A stretch of DNA of 64,000 nucleotides. Origin: an uncultured Chloroflexia bacterium. Lineage in GTDB: Bacteria; Chloroflexota; Anaerolineae; CG2-30-64-16. Positions 21,118-29,677 of the stretch are shown here, one piece after another (position 1 is the stretch's first letter; every line of letters begins with the position of its first letter). The notes under the pieces were generated by a model, which ran no database searches, was not told where the DNA came from, and saw only the letters and a program-made list of their open reading frames with translations. The position numbers and the translations under genes were made by a program. Location: NCBI GenBank assembly GCA_963774265.1, contig CAVZDU010000001.1, positions 576,001-640,000 of the forward strand. The letters are read 5' to 3'.

Positions 21118-22005
21118 ATGAACCGTACAGTGCAGTCCATTGTGGTGGTGGCAGGCCTTCTCGCGTTCCTGCTGGCAACGCCAGCAGGAACGCGGGTCGA
21201 TGCCCGCGCTTTGGCGGGGCCGGATGCCACCGCTCGCATTGGCTTCAGCCAGGATGTCTACGACGTCACTGTCGGCGATGATTTCTCCGTCGTGATGATC
21301 GTGGAGGATGCCGACGCGCTGGGAGGATGGGAGACTGTCCTCGCCTATGATCCGGCTGTGGTGGGGTCCACTGCGCTCTCTGCAGGCGGTTTTCTGACCG
21401 CAGGGGGTCGCGAGGCGGCGCTGCTCGGGCCGGACGGCGATCCTGGGAGCGGGCAGGTCGCGCTGGGCGGCTATTCCTGGGACCCTACAGGGGGCATCCC
21501 GCACGGGGTCAGTGGCGGGGGTGAGCTCGCCCGCCTCGATCTGCACGCCGTTGCGGTCGGCCAGTCCGTGCTGGCTCTTAGCGATACCGCTACCTTGCTC
21601 GCCTCGGTTCACGCCACAAGCGTGACGCCCCAGTACGCCGAGCAGCACACGGCGCTGGTTAACGTGTACGCCGCGCCCAGCGCGCCGGAGGCAGCCCCCG
21701 CCCTCGATGGTAGCCAGGTCGAGATCACATGGCACGTTGCAGCTAACACGTCCTATCAGATGTGGAGGAGTACCTCACCATACTTCGTGCCAGGTGAGGG
21801 CGACAGCATTGTGATCGCGGACTATTCCTCGACCGTCCAGAACAACTGCAGCTTGGTTGGAGAGACGATCACCTGCTTCGACCCCTACGAGCACGTGGTG
21901 CCGGGCACGTTTTTCTACATCGTCCAGAGCCTCAATCCTGCCGGCGCAACAGCGACTTCGCGATGCATCGGTGCGTTTATCTTTCCCATCCAGGGAGGGA
22001 GTTGA
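21118..22005 (+). CDS. Secreted cohesin-like protein with C-terminal FN3-like domain
   Basis: Signal peptide; VTVGDDFSVVMIV..LGGWETVLAYDPAVV..GGGELARLDLHAVAVGQSVLAL (cohesin-like pattern); then ITW..YQMWRSTSPYF..FFYIVQS. Starts 13 nt after the giant gene. Confidence 0.75.
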   Translation: MNRTVQSIVVVAGLLAFLLATPAGTRVDARALAGPDATARIGFSQDVYDVTVGDDFSVVMIVEDADALGGWETVLAYDPAVVGSTALSAGGFLTAGGREAALLGPDGDPGSGQVALGGYSWDPTGGIPHGVSGGGELARLDLHAVAVGQSVLALSDTATLLASVHATSVTPQYAEQHTALVNVYAAPSAPEAAPALDGSQVEITWHVAANTSYQMWRSTSPYFVPGEGDSIVIADYSSTVQNNCSLVGETITCFDPYEHVVPGTFFYIVQSLNPAGATATSRCIGAFIFPIQGGS

Positions 22006-22199
22006 GACGCAGATAGGTGGCCAGGCACATACATCGGCATCTAGCCGGGCGCAGTCTTCCCGGCCGCTGAGCGCATGCCAGGCTGTTCCGCCCTGGTCTT
22101 CATGATTCGCTTGAGCGTCCATTACTTGTCCTCGCCTCGATCCATTTCCCAGAAACACAGCACAAACGCCTGTCCGCAAATGAGCCATCTCGGTCCGAG

Positions 22200-22228
22200 T
22201 TTACAGGCCGGTCGCAATGCACTATAGT
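22200..22228 (+). promoter_or_regulatory. Sigma70-type promoter of the MFS gene
   Basis: TTTACA-17 nt-TATAGT. Confidence 0.5.
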
Positions 22229-22305
22229 TTCCCAATCAACGGTCAATTACGTATGCCTTGGCTGTGTTCTCATCGGCCAAGCCCACTGGGGGCTTTTGAA
22301 GAACT

Positions 22306-23580
22306 ATGATTACAGAACCTCAAGCAGCGCCGATTGACGCGCCGGCCCTAAAAACCGGTATTCGTCAGCTACCCCGTAACGTGTGGGCGGTGAGCCTGAC
22401 GAGTTTCTTGATGGACATCTCCAGCGAGATGGTCATCAATATCCTGCCGCTCTTCCTGTCCAACGTCCTCGGCGTCAAAACCAACGTCATCGGCGTCATC
22501 GAGGGCACGGCCGAGGCAGTCGCGAGCATCTTGAAAGTCTTTTCGGGCTGGCTGTCAGATCGGGTGGGTGGTCGCAAGTGGCTGGCGGTGGTCGGCTATG
22601 GCTTTTCAGCCCTCACTAAGCCCTTCTTCTACTTCGCCAATACATGGGGGGCAGTGGCTGGTGCGCGCTGGGCCGACCGCGTGGGCAAAGGCATCCGCAC
22701 GGCGCCCCGTGACGCGCTCGTCGCCGATTCGATCGACGAGCGCAACCGTGGGCTGGCCTTCGGCTTTCACCGCGCGGCCGACACGGCGGGGGCCATGCTC
22801 GGTCTGCTCATCGCACTCGGAATCGTCTGGGCCGCGCAGCGTGGCGCGGTCGCGTTGGGCGAGGGCCCCTTCCGAACCATCGTCTTGGTCAGTATCATCC
22901 CAGCCGTGTTGGCGGTGGTGTCACTCACCGTTTTGGCCCGCGACGTCCCCGTTGCAGGGCAGCGCGCGGCCCCGAAGTTCGCCTTCCGCGCCCTCGGCAA
23001 GCCGTTCATGATCTTCATGCTGATCGTAGGCGTGTTTGACCTCGGCAACTCCTCCGATGCCTTCCTGGTTCTGCGCGCTCAAGAGCGTGGCCTCAGCGTG
23101 GTCGGCATCCTCGCGATGCTCATCACCTTCAATCTCATTTACACGCTGATCTCCACGCCCGCGGGTGCGCTATCCGACCGCATCGGCCGCCGCAAGATCA
23201 TCATCGGCGGCTGGATCGCCTACGCAGTCATCTATCTCGGCTTTGGCTTCGCGCAAACCGCCTGGCAAATCTGGGTGCTCTACGCCATCTATGGGCTGTA
23301 CTATGGCATGGCCTACGGCACGGCCAAGGCATTGGTGGCCGATCTGGTTCCCGCCGAGCTGCGCGGCACGGCCTACGGCACCTACAACGCCATCTTGGGA
23401 ATCCTGGATTTCCCCGCTTCGGCCATCGCCGGCATCCTGTGGCAGGGGATCGGTGGCTGGCAGGGGTTCGGCCCGTCCGCACCCTTCATCTTCGGCGGCG
23501 TGCTCGCGCTGCTCGCCACCCTGCTGCTCTCCGTCACAGGCATTGGCCGTGCGCCTCACCCTCCGTCCGCGACAGCGTGA
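22306..23580 (+). CDS. MFS transporter
   Basis: GWLSDRVGGRK and GALSDRIGRRK motif A; DRVGKGIRTAPRDAL; about 12 TM segments. Confidence 0.92.
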   Translation: MITEPQAAPIDAPALKTGIRQLPRNVWAVSLTSFLMDISSEMVINILPLFLSNVLGVKTNVIGVIEGTAEAVASILKVFSGWLSDRVGGRKWLAVVGYGFSALTKPFFYFANTWGAVAGARWADRVGKGIRTAPRDALVADSIDERNRGLAFGFHRAADTAGAMLGLLIALGIVWAAQRGAVALGEGPFRTIVLVSIIPAVLAVVSLTVLARDVPVAGQRAAPKFAFRALGKPFMIFMLIVGVFDLGNSSDAFLVLRAQERGLSVVGILAMLITFNLIYTLISTPAGALSDRIGRRKIIIGGWIAYAVIYLGFGFAQTAWQIWVLYAIYGLYYGMAYGTAKALVADLVPAELRGTAYGTYNAILGILDFPASAIAGILWQGIGGWQGFGPSAPFIFGGVLALLATLLLSVTGIGRAPHPPSATA

Positions 23581-23587
23581 TCAAGGG

Positions 23588-23615
23588 CCTGACAGGTTTC
23601 CCCGAACCTGTCAGG
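23588..23615. repeat. Palindrome between convergent genes (terminator or REP-like)
   Basis: CCTGACAGGTT-6 nt-AACCTGTCAGG. Confidence 0.6.
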
Positions 23616-24412
23616 TGCCCACGACTCTCTCCATCAATCCCACCAAGGCCTGATTCACCGCGTGAGGGTTCTCCAACGGGCTCAAGTGTCCCGCATGGGG
23701 GATCACGACCAACCGCGCGCCTGGGTATCCGTGCGGCCATGGCCGCTGCGTCGGCCGGCGGCGTGATCGCATCCGCGTCACCAACGATGACCAGGGTCGG
23801 GACTGTGATCGTCGCCAGGGTGGCCGCGCTATCGATCCGGTCTCTCATCGCGCCCAGTGCACCGATCAGCCCCTCGACGGGCTGGCTCTGGATCATCTCC
23901 CGGAGCTGCGTTGTGATTCGCTCGTCAGCCAGGCTCTGTGGCGCCAGCAATTTGGGCATCATCTCGTCGGCCAGTAGGCCGGCGCCGGCCTCTCGCACCC
24001 ATGCCGCGGTCACATCCCGATTCGCTTTCCCGGCTGGCGTATCCGGCTCCGCCCGCGTGTCTACCAGAGCGATTCCCGCCACCCTCTCCGGGTGTCGCCT
24101 CCACAATGCCAGCGTTACATATCCGCCCATGCTAAGGCCCGCAACAATCGCCTTTTTCACGTCCAACCGGTCGAGCAGCGCGGCCAGATCGTCTGCGTGC
24201 TGGTCCATGGAGGATGGCCTTTGCGATGCGTCGGACAGCCCATGGCCCCGCAGGTCTGGCGCAATGACGCGCGTGTATCTTGCCAGTCCACTCAATTGTT
24301 CGCGCCACATCCGGCTATCCAGCGGGAATCCATGCACCAGCAGTAGCGTTTGCCCATCGCCTTCACCGCGCTCGCGAACCATCATCCGTACACCGTTAAC
24401 ATTGACGTCCAA
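23611..24412 (-). CDS. Alpha/beta hydrolase (PcaD-like; frame break near 23720)
   Basis: LLVHGFP, PDLRGHG, GLSMGG nucleophile elbow, VGDAD. The catalytic His segment (IPHAGHLSPLENP) is in the shifted frame, ending at TGA 23611. Confidence 0.85.
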
Positions 24413-24510
24413 CTTGACCTCCTCATCGCCTGAGCTGGCCCCGCCTTGAACCCGCCGAGGTCTGGCCTTGATTCATCCTGCGCACACTCTCCAGGCTCAG
24501 CCTGCACAGT

Positions 24511-24560
24511 GTATCACAGGCCTGTATTCACAGGCCCGTATTCCCAGGCCGTGGTATACT
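24511..24560 (+). promoter_or_regulatory. Three imperfect ~14-bp tandem repeats followed by an extended -10
   Basis: GTATCACAGGCCT/GTATTCACAGGCCC/GTATTCCCAGGCC, then TGGTATACT. Confidence 0.5.
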
Positions 24561-24588
24561 TCGGCCGACTTCTTAAGCGGAGCGCGCA

Positions 24589-25761
24589 GTGATCGAGGCC
24601 ACATCTACGCGCCAGGTGGCGTTTCGTCAGCGTCTGGCCGTCGCGGTCTGCTACGCGGCCATGTTTATGTTGGGTTTCACGATTTCCCTGCTCGGCCCCA
24701 GCCTGCCCGGCATCGCCACACGCACGGGTGTCACGCTTCCCCAGGCGGGTTTCCTCTTCACTCTTTTCTCTGGCGGCTCGATCCTGGCCACGCTTCTCGT
24801 CGCGCGGTTGAACGATCATCCCGTCCGGCGGTGGACCTTTTTTGTGGGTGCGCTGTTGATGGCTGCAGGCCTGTGGTTCATAGCGGTCAGCGGGACGTTT
24901 GTCCTGGTCGGCGCGGCGATCGCGGTGACTGGCCTGGCGATGAGCACCGAAGGCACCGTCCCGAACGCCGTGTTTGTCGATCTTTACCGGGAACGCGCCG
25001 GGCGTGCACTCAACAAGCTGCACGTCTCTGTCGGCGTAGGCTCCTTCGTCGGCCCGCTGGTGTTGGCGGTGGCCTACCGCTCTGGTGGTGACTACACCGT
25101 GGCGTACCGCATCGCTGCGGTCTTGATGACTGCCGTGGCACTGCTGTGGCTCGCGGGCAAGCCACCCGCGCCGGCCCGTGCCCCGGGTAGCGCGCTTCGG
25201 TTGGACCGCGCACTGCTCCTGCCCCTGCTATTGGTGTTTGGGTTGGCAGTCCTCTACACGGGCACCGAGCAGGTGCTCGCCGGTTGGCTGTTTACCTATG
25301 CCGGTGACGCGTTGCGGCTAGCTGCGGCTGTGGCCAGCCTGGCCACTTCCCTGTTGTGGGGTGCGGTGCTCCTGGGGCGGCTCCTGGCAGTGGCGGCGCT
25401 GCGGCGCATAAGCAATGCCCGACTGGTGCAACTGGGCTTGGCCGCTGCTCTTGTGGGCGTTCTCCTAATCCTTGGCGGCCGCGCCTGGACGCCTCTGTTC
25501 TGGGTTGGGGTAGGGCTGGTGGGTTTGGGCTTTGGCCCGATCTTCCCTACATCTCTTGCCCTCGCCAGTGAGTTGGCGCCCGACCGTGCGGGCGCAGCTG
25601 GGTCGATCGTGGTCGCTTCGGGCTCGATCGGCGCCATGACCCTTCCCCTGGCTGCCGGTTCCTTGATCCCCTCCCTCGGCATCGCGGGCAGCATCGCCCT
25701 GGCCCTCGTGCCTCTCGCCCTCATGCTGGTCCTTGCCCAGGCAATTTCCCGCCGCGTCTGA
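24589..25761 (+). CDS. MFS transporter (FucP/TsgA-like)
   Basis: LGPSLPGIA, LYTGTEQ..GWL, LLGRLL, GPIFP; about 12 TM segments. Confidence 0.88.
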   Translation: MIEATSTRQVAFRQRLAVAVCYAAMFMLGFTISLLGPSLPGIATRTGVTLPQAGFLFTLFSGGSILATLLVARLNDHPVRRWTFFVGALLMAAGLWFIAVSGTFVLVGAAIAVTGLAMSTEGTVPNAVFVDLYRERAGRALNKLHVSVGVGSFVGPLVLAVAYRSGGDYTVAYRIAAVLMTAVALLWLAGKPPAPARAPGSALRLDRALLLPLLLVFGLAVLYTGTEQVLAGWLFTYAGDALRLAAAVASLATSLLWGAVLLGRLLAVAALRRISNARLVQLGLAAALVGVLLILGGRAWTPLFWVGVGLVGLGFGPIFPTSLALASELAPDRAGAAGSIVVASGSIGAMTLPLAAGSLIPSLGIAGSIALALVPLALMLVLAQAISRRV

Positions 25762-25923
25762 AAGAACTTTAACCTTATTCCGCATAGATTTCATCCCCGA
25801 TTCATTTCCACGAGTTATCCTTAGCGCAATACTTCGATGAAGTTGGTGTTATCGAGTTTGGAACCAGGGCAGGTAGATCGTCGTCTGAATAACACGACAT
25901 GAAATGATTGAAGGAGTCAACCC

Positions 25924-26067
25924 ATGGATATCCCACTGTTGATCGCGATCTTGGCTTTGCTCACTTGGACTCTCCTGCCCCAGTTGGACCGTTACGCGGA
26001 CACCGAACTCCCGGGCGAGGGTAAGCCGTCGCATCTTCAACGCCTGGCGCGTTGGATCAACAACTAA
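25924..26067 (+). CDS. Small (47 aa) single-TM protein, not in the ORF track
   Basis: AAGGAG RBS, then ATG; MDIPLLIAILALLTWTLLPQLDRYADTELPGEGKPSHLQRLARWINN*. Confidence 0.5.
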   Translation: MDIPLLIAILALLTWTLLPQLDRYADTELPGEGKPSHLQRLARWINN

Positions 26068-26157
26068 GTTGCCCTTGACCGCTTGATAATTGCTGTCTTG
26101 AGTGACGCACCAGGAGCGTTGTGGCCTCACAACGCTCTTTTTGTTGCCCCGATCCGA

Positions 26158-26193
26158 AAACTGCGCCGCAAAGTGCGCCGCAAAGTGCGCCGC
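26158..26193. repeat. 12-bp tandem repeat x3
   Basis: AAACTGCGCCGC-AAAGTGCGCCGC-AAAGTGCGCCGC. Confidence 0.8.
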
Positions 26194-26252
26194 GTCATTG
26201 CTGCGGTCATGCTACCAGGAGTATCTTGTCTACAAATACAACCTTCGACAGA

Positions 26253-26301
26253 AACCTTCGAGGTCGTGCCAACCTACGGTTGGCCTGAGACCGCGAAGGT
26301 T
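26253..26301 (+). repeat. REP/REPIN-like element, copy 1
   Basis: AACCTTCGAGGTCGTGCCAACCTACGGTTGGCCTGAGACCGCGAAGGTT. Confidence 0.85.
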
Positions 26302-26342
26302 CGATCTGTCGTTGAGCTTCTCAGCGCGGAGATTGAACTATT

Positions 26343-27529
26343 ATGCGTGAATTCATCGATGGCGCCACGGCGATCGCGCGCGGCGCAATGGATGCCGGCT
26401 GCACCTTCTTTGCCGGCTATCCGATCTCGCCGGCGACCCCCATCCTGCTTCACATGATCCGCGAGCTGCCGAAAGTCGGCGGCGTCGCGATCCAGGCGGA
26501 AGACGAGATCGCATCCATCAGCATGTGCATTGCCGCGGCGATGACGGGCGCGCGTGCATTCACCGCCACCTCGGGCCCCGGCATCTCCCTTTACAGCGAG
26601 AATATCGGTCTGGCGATCATGGGTGAGGTTCCTCTGGTGATCGCCGACGTACAGCGCATGGGCCCGGCCACGGGCGGAGCGACCACCCCTGCGCAGGGTG
26701 ACGTGCAGTTCGTGCGCTGGGGAATGTCGGGCGGTTACCCGATCATCGCGCTCGCGCCCGGCACGGTGCCCGAGTGCTACAGCCTGACCCGCCGCGCGTT
26801 TGATCTCGCGGAGCGATTCCGCTGCCCGGTCTTCCTGTTGACGGACAAGGAGCTGTTCCAGGCGCTGACCACGGTGGATGTGGAGGTCTATGAACATCCG
26901 CCTGTGCGGGGCGCGTTATTGCGTCGCCGTTCCCCGCCGAGACGCCTGGGTTGCGTCCCGAAGAAACGCTTGTGCCCTATCGCATCGCATCGCCTGACGC
27001 TGTCCCCGACTACGCCCCCATTGGCGGCCCGCACATCGTCCGCTTCACCGGTTCCACTCACGACGAGCACGGGTTCCTGACCAAGGACCCGGCCAAAGTT
27101 GGGCGGTTGAACGAGCATTTGAGAAGAAAGATCGAAGATCACCTGGATGAGCTGGAGTTCAGCCAGCCCGACCTGCAACCCGATGCGACCACCCTGCTGA
27201 TCTCCTACGGCGTCACCGCACGCGCGATGGCAGAGGCCGTGCAGGCAGCGCGACTGGACGGACACGCGGTCTCGGCGCTGGCCGTGCAAAGCTTGTGGCC
27301 GGTGCCGGAGAACGCGTTGCTCAGCGCTGCTTGGCCGGAGCAAGGTGAGTGGGACATTCGCCGGATCATCGTCGCCGAGCTAAACCACGGCGACTTTCGC
27401 CGGGAAGTCGAGCGCGTGGTGTATGGTTACGCGGCGCGGCAGGGGCGCCTCGCGCCCGAGATCATCGGCATCCACCGCGTAGACGGCGAGCTCATTACCC
27501 CCAGCCAGTTCCTGGCGGAGATCATGTGA
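26343..27529 (+). CDS. 2-oxoacid:ferredoxin oxidoreductase alpha subunit (frame break near 26930)
   Basis: FFAGYPISPAT, QAEDEIAS, TATSGPG, DVQRMGPATG; second frame TGSTHDEHG, ISYGVTAR, VAELNHG. Confidence 0.9.
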
Positions 27530-27536
27530 GGCGGCC

Positions 27537-28843
27537 ATGTTGCATACCTATCGTAACGAGCGCGACTATCCCTTCTGTCCCGGTTGCGGGCACTCGCTGA
27601 TCCTGAACCACCTGAACACTGCGTTCGTCAAGCTGGGCCTGGACCCACACCGCGTCGCCCTGGTCACTGACATCGGCTGCCAGGGCCTCGGCGACCAGTA
27701 CTTCGTCGTCAACGCCTTTCACGGCCTGCATGGCCGCAGCCTGGCATATGCCACAGGTATCAAGCTCGCAGACCCTGACCTTAAGGTCTTTGTCCTCATC
27801 GGCGATGGTGGAACGGGCATCGGCGGTGCACACCTGCTCAATGCCGCGCGGCGCAACATCGGCGTGACCGTGCTGGTGATGAACAATTTCAACTTCGGCA
27901 TGACCGGCGGCGAGCACAGCGTCACCACACCGCCTGGCGGGGTCACGGTGACCACGCGCAGGGGCAACCTGGAGCGGCCACTGGACATTTGCAGCACGGT
28001 CGCGGTCAACGGCGCGGGCTACGTCTGGCGCGGCACGGCGTTCGACCGCGAGCTGCCCGACGCCATTGTAGAGGCCGCGAACAGCGAGAGTTTTGCGCTG
28101 CTGGATATCTGGGAGCTGTGCACCGCGTATTACGTGCCCAACAACGATTTCTCGCGCAAGGCGTTGCTGGAGCTGCGCGAGCAGCTCGGGATGCCGGTGG
28201 GCCTGCTGCACCGGGAGCAGCGGCCTGAATATGCGAGAGCGGTCCGTACTGCGAACGAGCCATTGGCTGGCAAACCGATCTTGCCTGCCAACCCTTTGCC
28301 GGCGCAGTTCACCTCGTCGCTTGCCAGCGAGTTCCGGCTGGTCATCGCGGGCTCAGCCGGCGGCAAGGTGCGCTCGACCGCACGTGTGCTGGGCGAAGCC
28401 GCCATTCTCTCGGGTCTGTGGGCCGCGCAGCAGGACGATTACCCGGTTACCGTGCAGACCGGTCACAGCATCAGCGAATTGATCTTCAGCCCCGCGAGAT
28501 CCTTTTCACCGGCGTCACTCGTCCGGATGCGCTGGTGTTGGCCACAGAGGACGGCCGGAAGGCATCCGGCCGCTACCTCAGAGCATTGACCGCGGAGAGC
28601 TGGCTCTTCACCACGCCCGAATTCGCCAACCTGGACACGCCAGCGCGCAAGGTGGTTTTCGACTTCGAGGCTATGGGCGTGAAGGGGAGCAAGAAAAACC
28701 TGGCTCTGCTGATGGCTGCATCCGCGCTGCAACACCTGGGCCTGTTCCCATTGGCCGCATGCGAAGAAGCCGCGCGTCGCGGCCAACGGCCGGAGGTGGC
28801 GGAGGAGATCGTGGGCGCGCGACGCGCGGTGGGGGTGGGGTGA
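27537..28843 (+). CDS. 2-oxoacid:ferredoxin oxidoreductase beta-gamma fusion (frame break near 28490)
   Basis: FCPGCGH, DIGC, GLHGR, GDGG..NN TPP motif; then gamma-like IAGSAGGKV, continuing in the shifted frame. Confidence 0.85.
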
Positions 28844-28860
28844 AGACCTCCGAGGTCTTC
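28842..28860. repeat. Half REP-like element (left flank of vapBC)
   Basis: Perfect palindrome GAAGACCTC-C-GAGGTCTTC, matching an arm of the full element. Confidence 0.7.
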
Positions 28861-28864
28861 GCAC

Positions 28865-29356
28865 CTATTCGTGTGTTTGATACACCTCGCCTTCCTCGTT
28901 CAGCGTGGGCTGACCCAGGATCAGCACATCCAGTCCTCGAAACTCCCAGAAACCGCGATCCAGCGTGACCAGTCGCATGCCGGCAGCAATCGCGAAGGCC
29001 GCAAGGTATGCGTCAGTCCACTTCTTCGGCGCAACCGTCTGAGGCGGGCACAGCGCGCGCCACAATTCCGTGACCCCCTCCGGCTCCGAGCAGAAGCGAA
29101 ATCGCGAATCCGCTAGCAACTGGTCGTAGACCCGCCACGCCTCCGCCATCGTGCACACATCTTCCTGCATGACACTGCGGATGGTCAGGAGCCGCAGCAG
29201 GCCCGCCTGCGACGTCCTGCAGATTAGGACACCGTCATCCGGCACGGTATCGAGCCACCTCACGACCGGGCGATGGTGTTCGTGACCGCCATAGACCAAC
29301 GCCAGGAGGACGTTAACGTCGCACAAGACGCGGATATTCGTGCGCTTCCTCCTCAT
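28865..29356 (-). CDS. vapC: VapC-family PIN-domain toxin
   Basis: LCDVNVLLAL..HEHH, GLLRLLT, WTDAYLAAFA, LVTLDRGF. True start is probably a little downstream of 29356. Overlaps the antitoxin. Confidence 0.88.
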   Translation of the reverse strand: MRRKRTNIRVLCDVNVLLALVYGGHEHHRPVVRWLDTVPDDGVLICRTSQAGLLRLLTIRSVMQEDVCTMAEAWRVYDQLLADSRFRFCSEPEGVTELWRALCPPQTVAPKKWTDAYLAAFAIAAGMRLVTLDRGFWEFRGLDVLILGQPTLNEEGEVYQTHE

Positions 29357-29585
29357 CGGCCTCGTTCATCGCCCGGTAAACGCCCTCCGAAGTAATGCGA
29401 TGGCTTGGGTCCTTTGACTCGATCAGTGGAAACTTGATTCTTGTCCCCCTGGCCGGCGCTCCTTCCCCCGCGATCGCCATTTGCAGCCCCATTTGAACCA
29501 GTTCCTTCAGAGTAATCCCGCGCTGCGCAGCCAGAATCTTGGCTTGCCGAAACAGGTCGTTATCTATTTCAATCGTGGTCTTCAT
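29313..29585 (-). CDS. vapB: VapB-like RHH antitoxin
   Basis: MKTTIEIDNDLFRQAKILAAQRGITLKELV; directly upstream of the PIN gene. Confidence 0.85.
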   Translation of the reverse strand: MKTTIEIDNDLFRQAKILAAQRGITLKELVQMGLQMAIAGEGAPARGTRIKFPLIESKDPSHRITSEGVYRAMNEADEEEAHEYPRLVRR

Positions 29586-29600
29586 GATCTGCCCCCAGCA

Positions 29601-29632
29601 CCCATATTACCATATTTATGGGCTAGCGTCAA
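29601..29632 (-). promoter_or_regulatory. vapBC promoter with putative autoregulatory operator
   Basis: TTGACG-17 nt-TAATAT, overlapped by inverted repeat CCCATA-N10-TATGGG. Confidence 0.6.
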
Positions 29633-29658
29633 GGCGTCCGACACTGGGGACAGAAGCC

Positions 29659-29675
29659 AAACCTCTGAGGTCTTC
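29659..29675. repeat. Half REP-like element (right flank of vapBC)
   Basis: AAACCTCTGAGGTCTTC; 14/15 identical to 28846-28860 in direct orientation. Confidence 0.65.
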
Positions 29676-29677
29676 CC

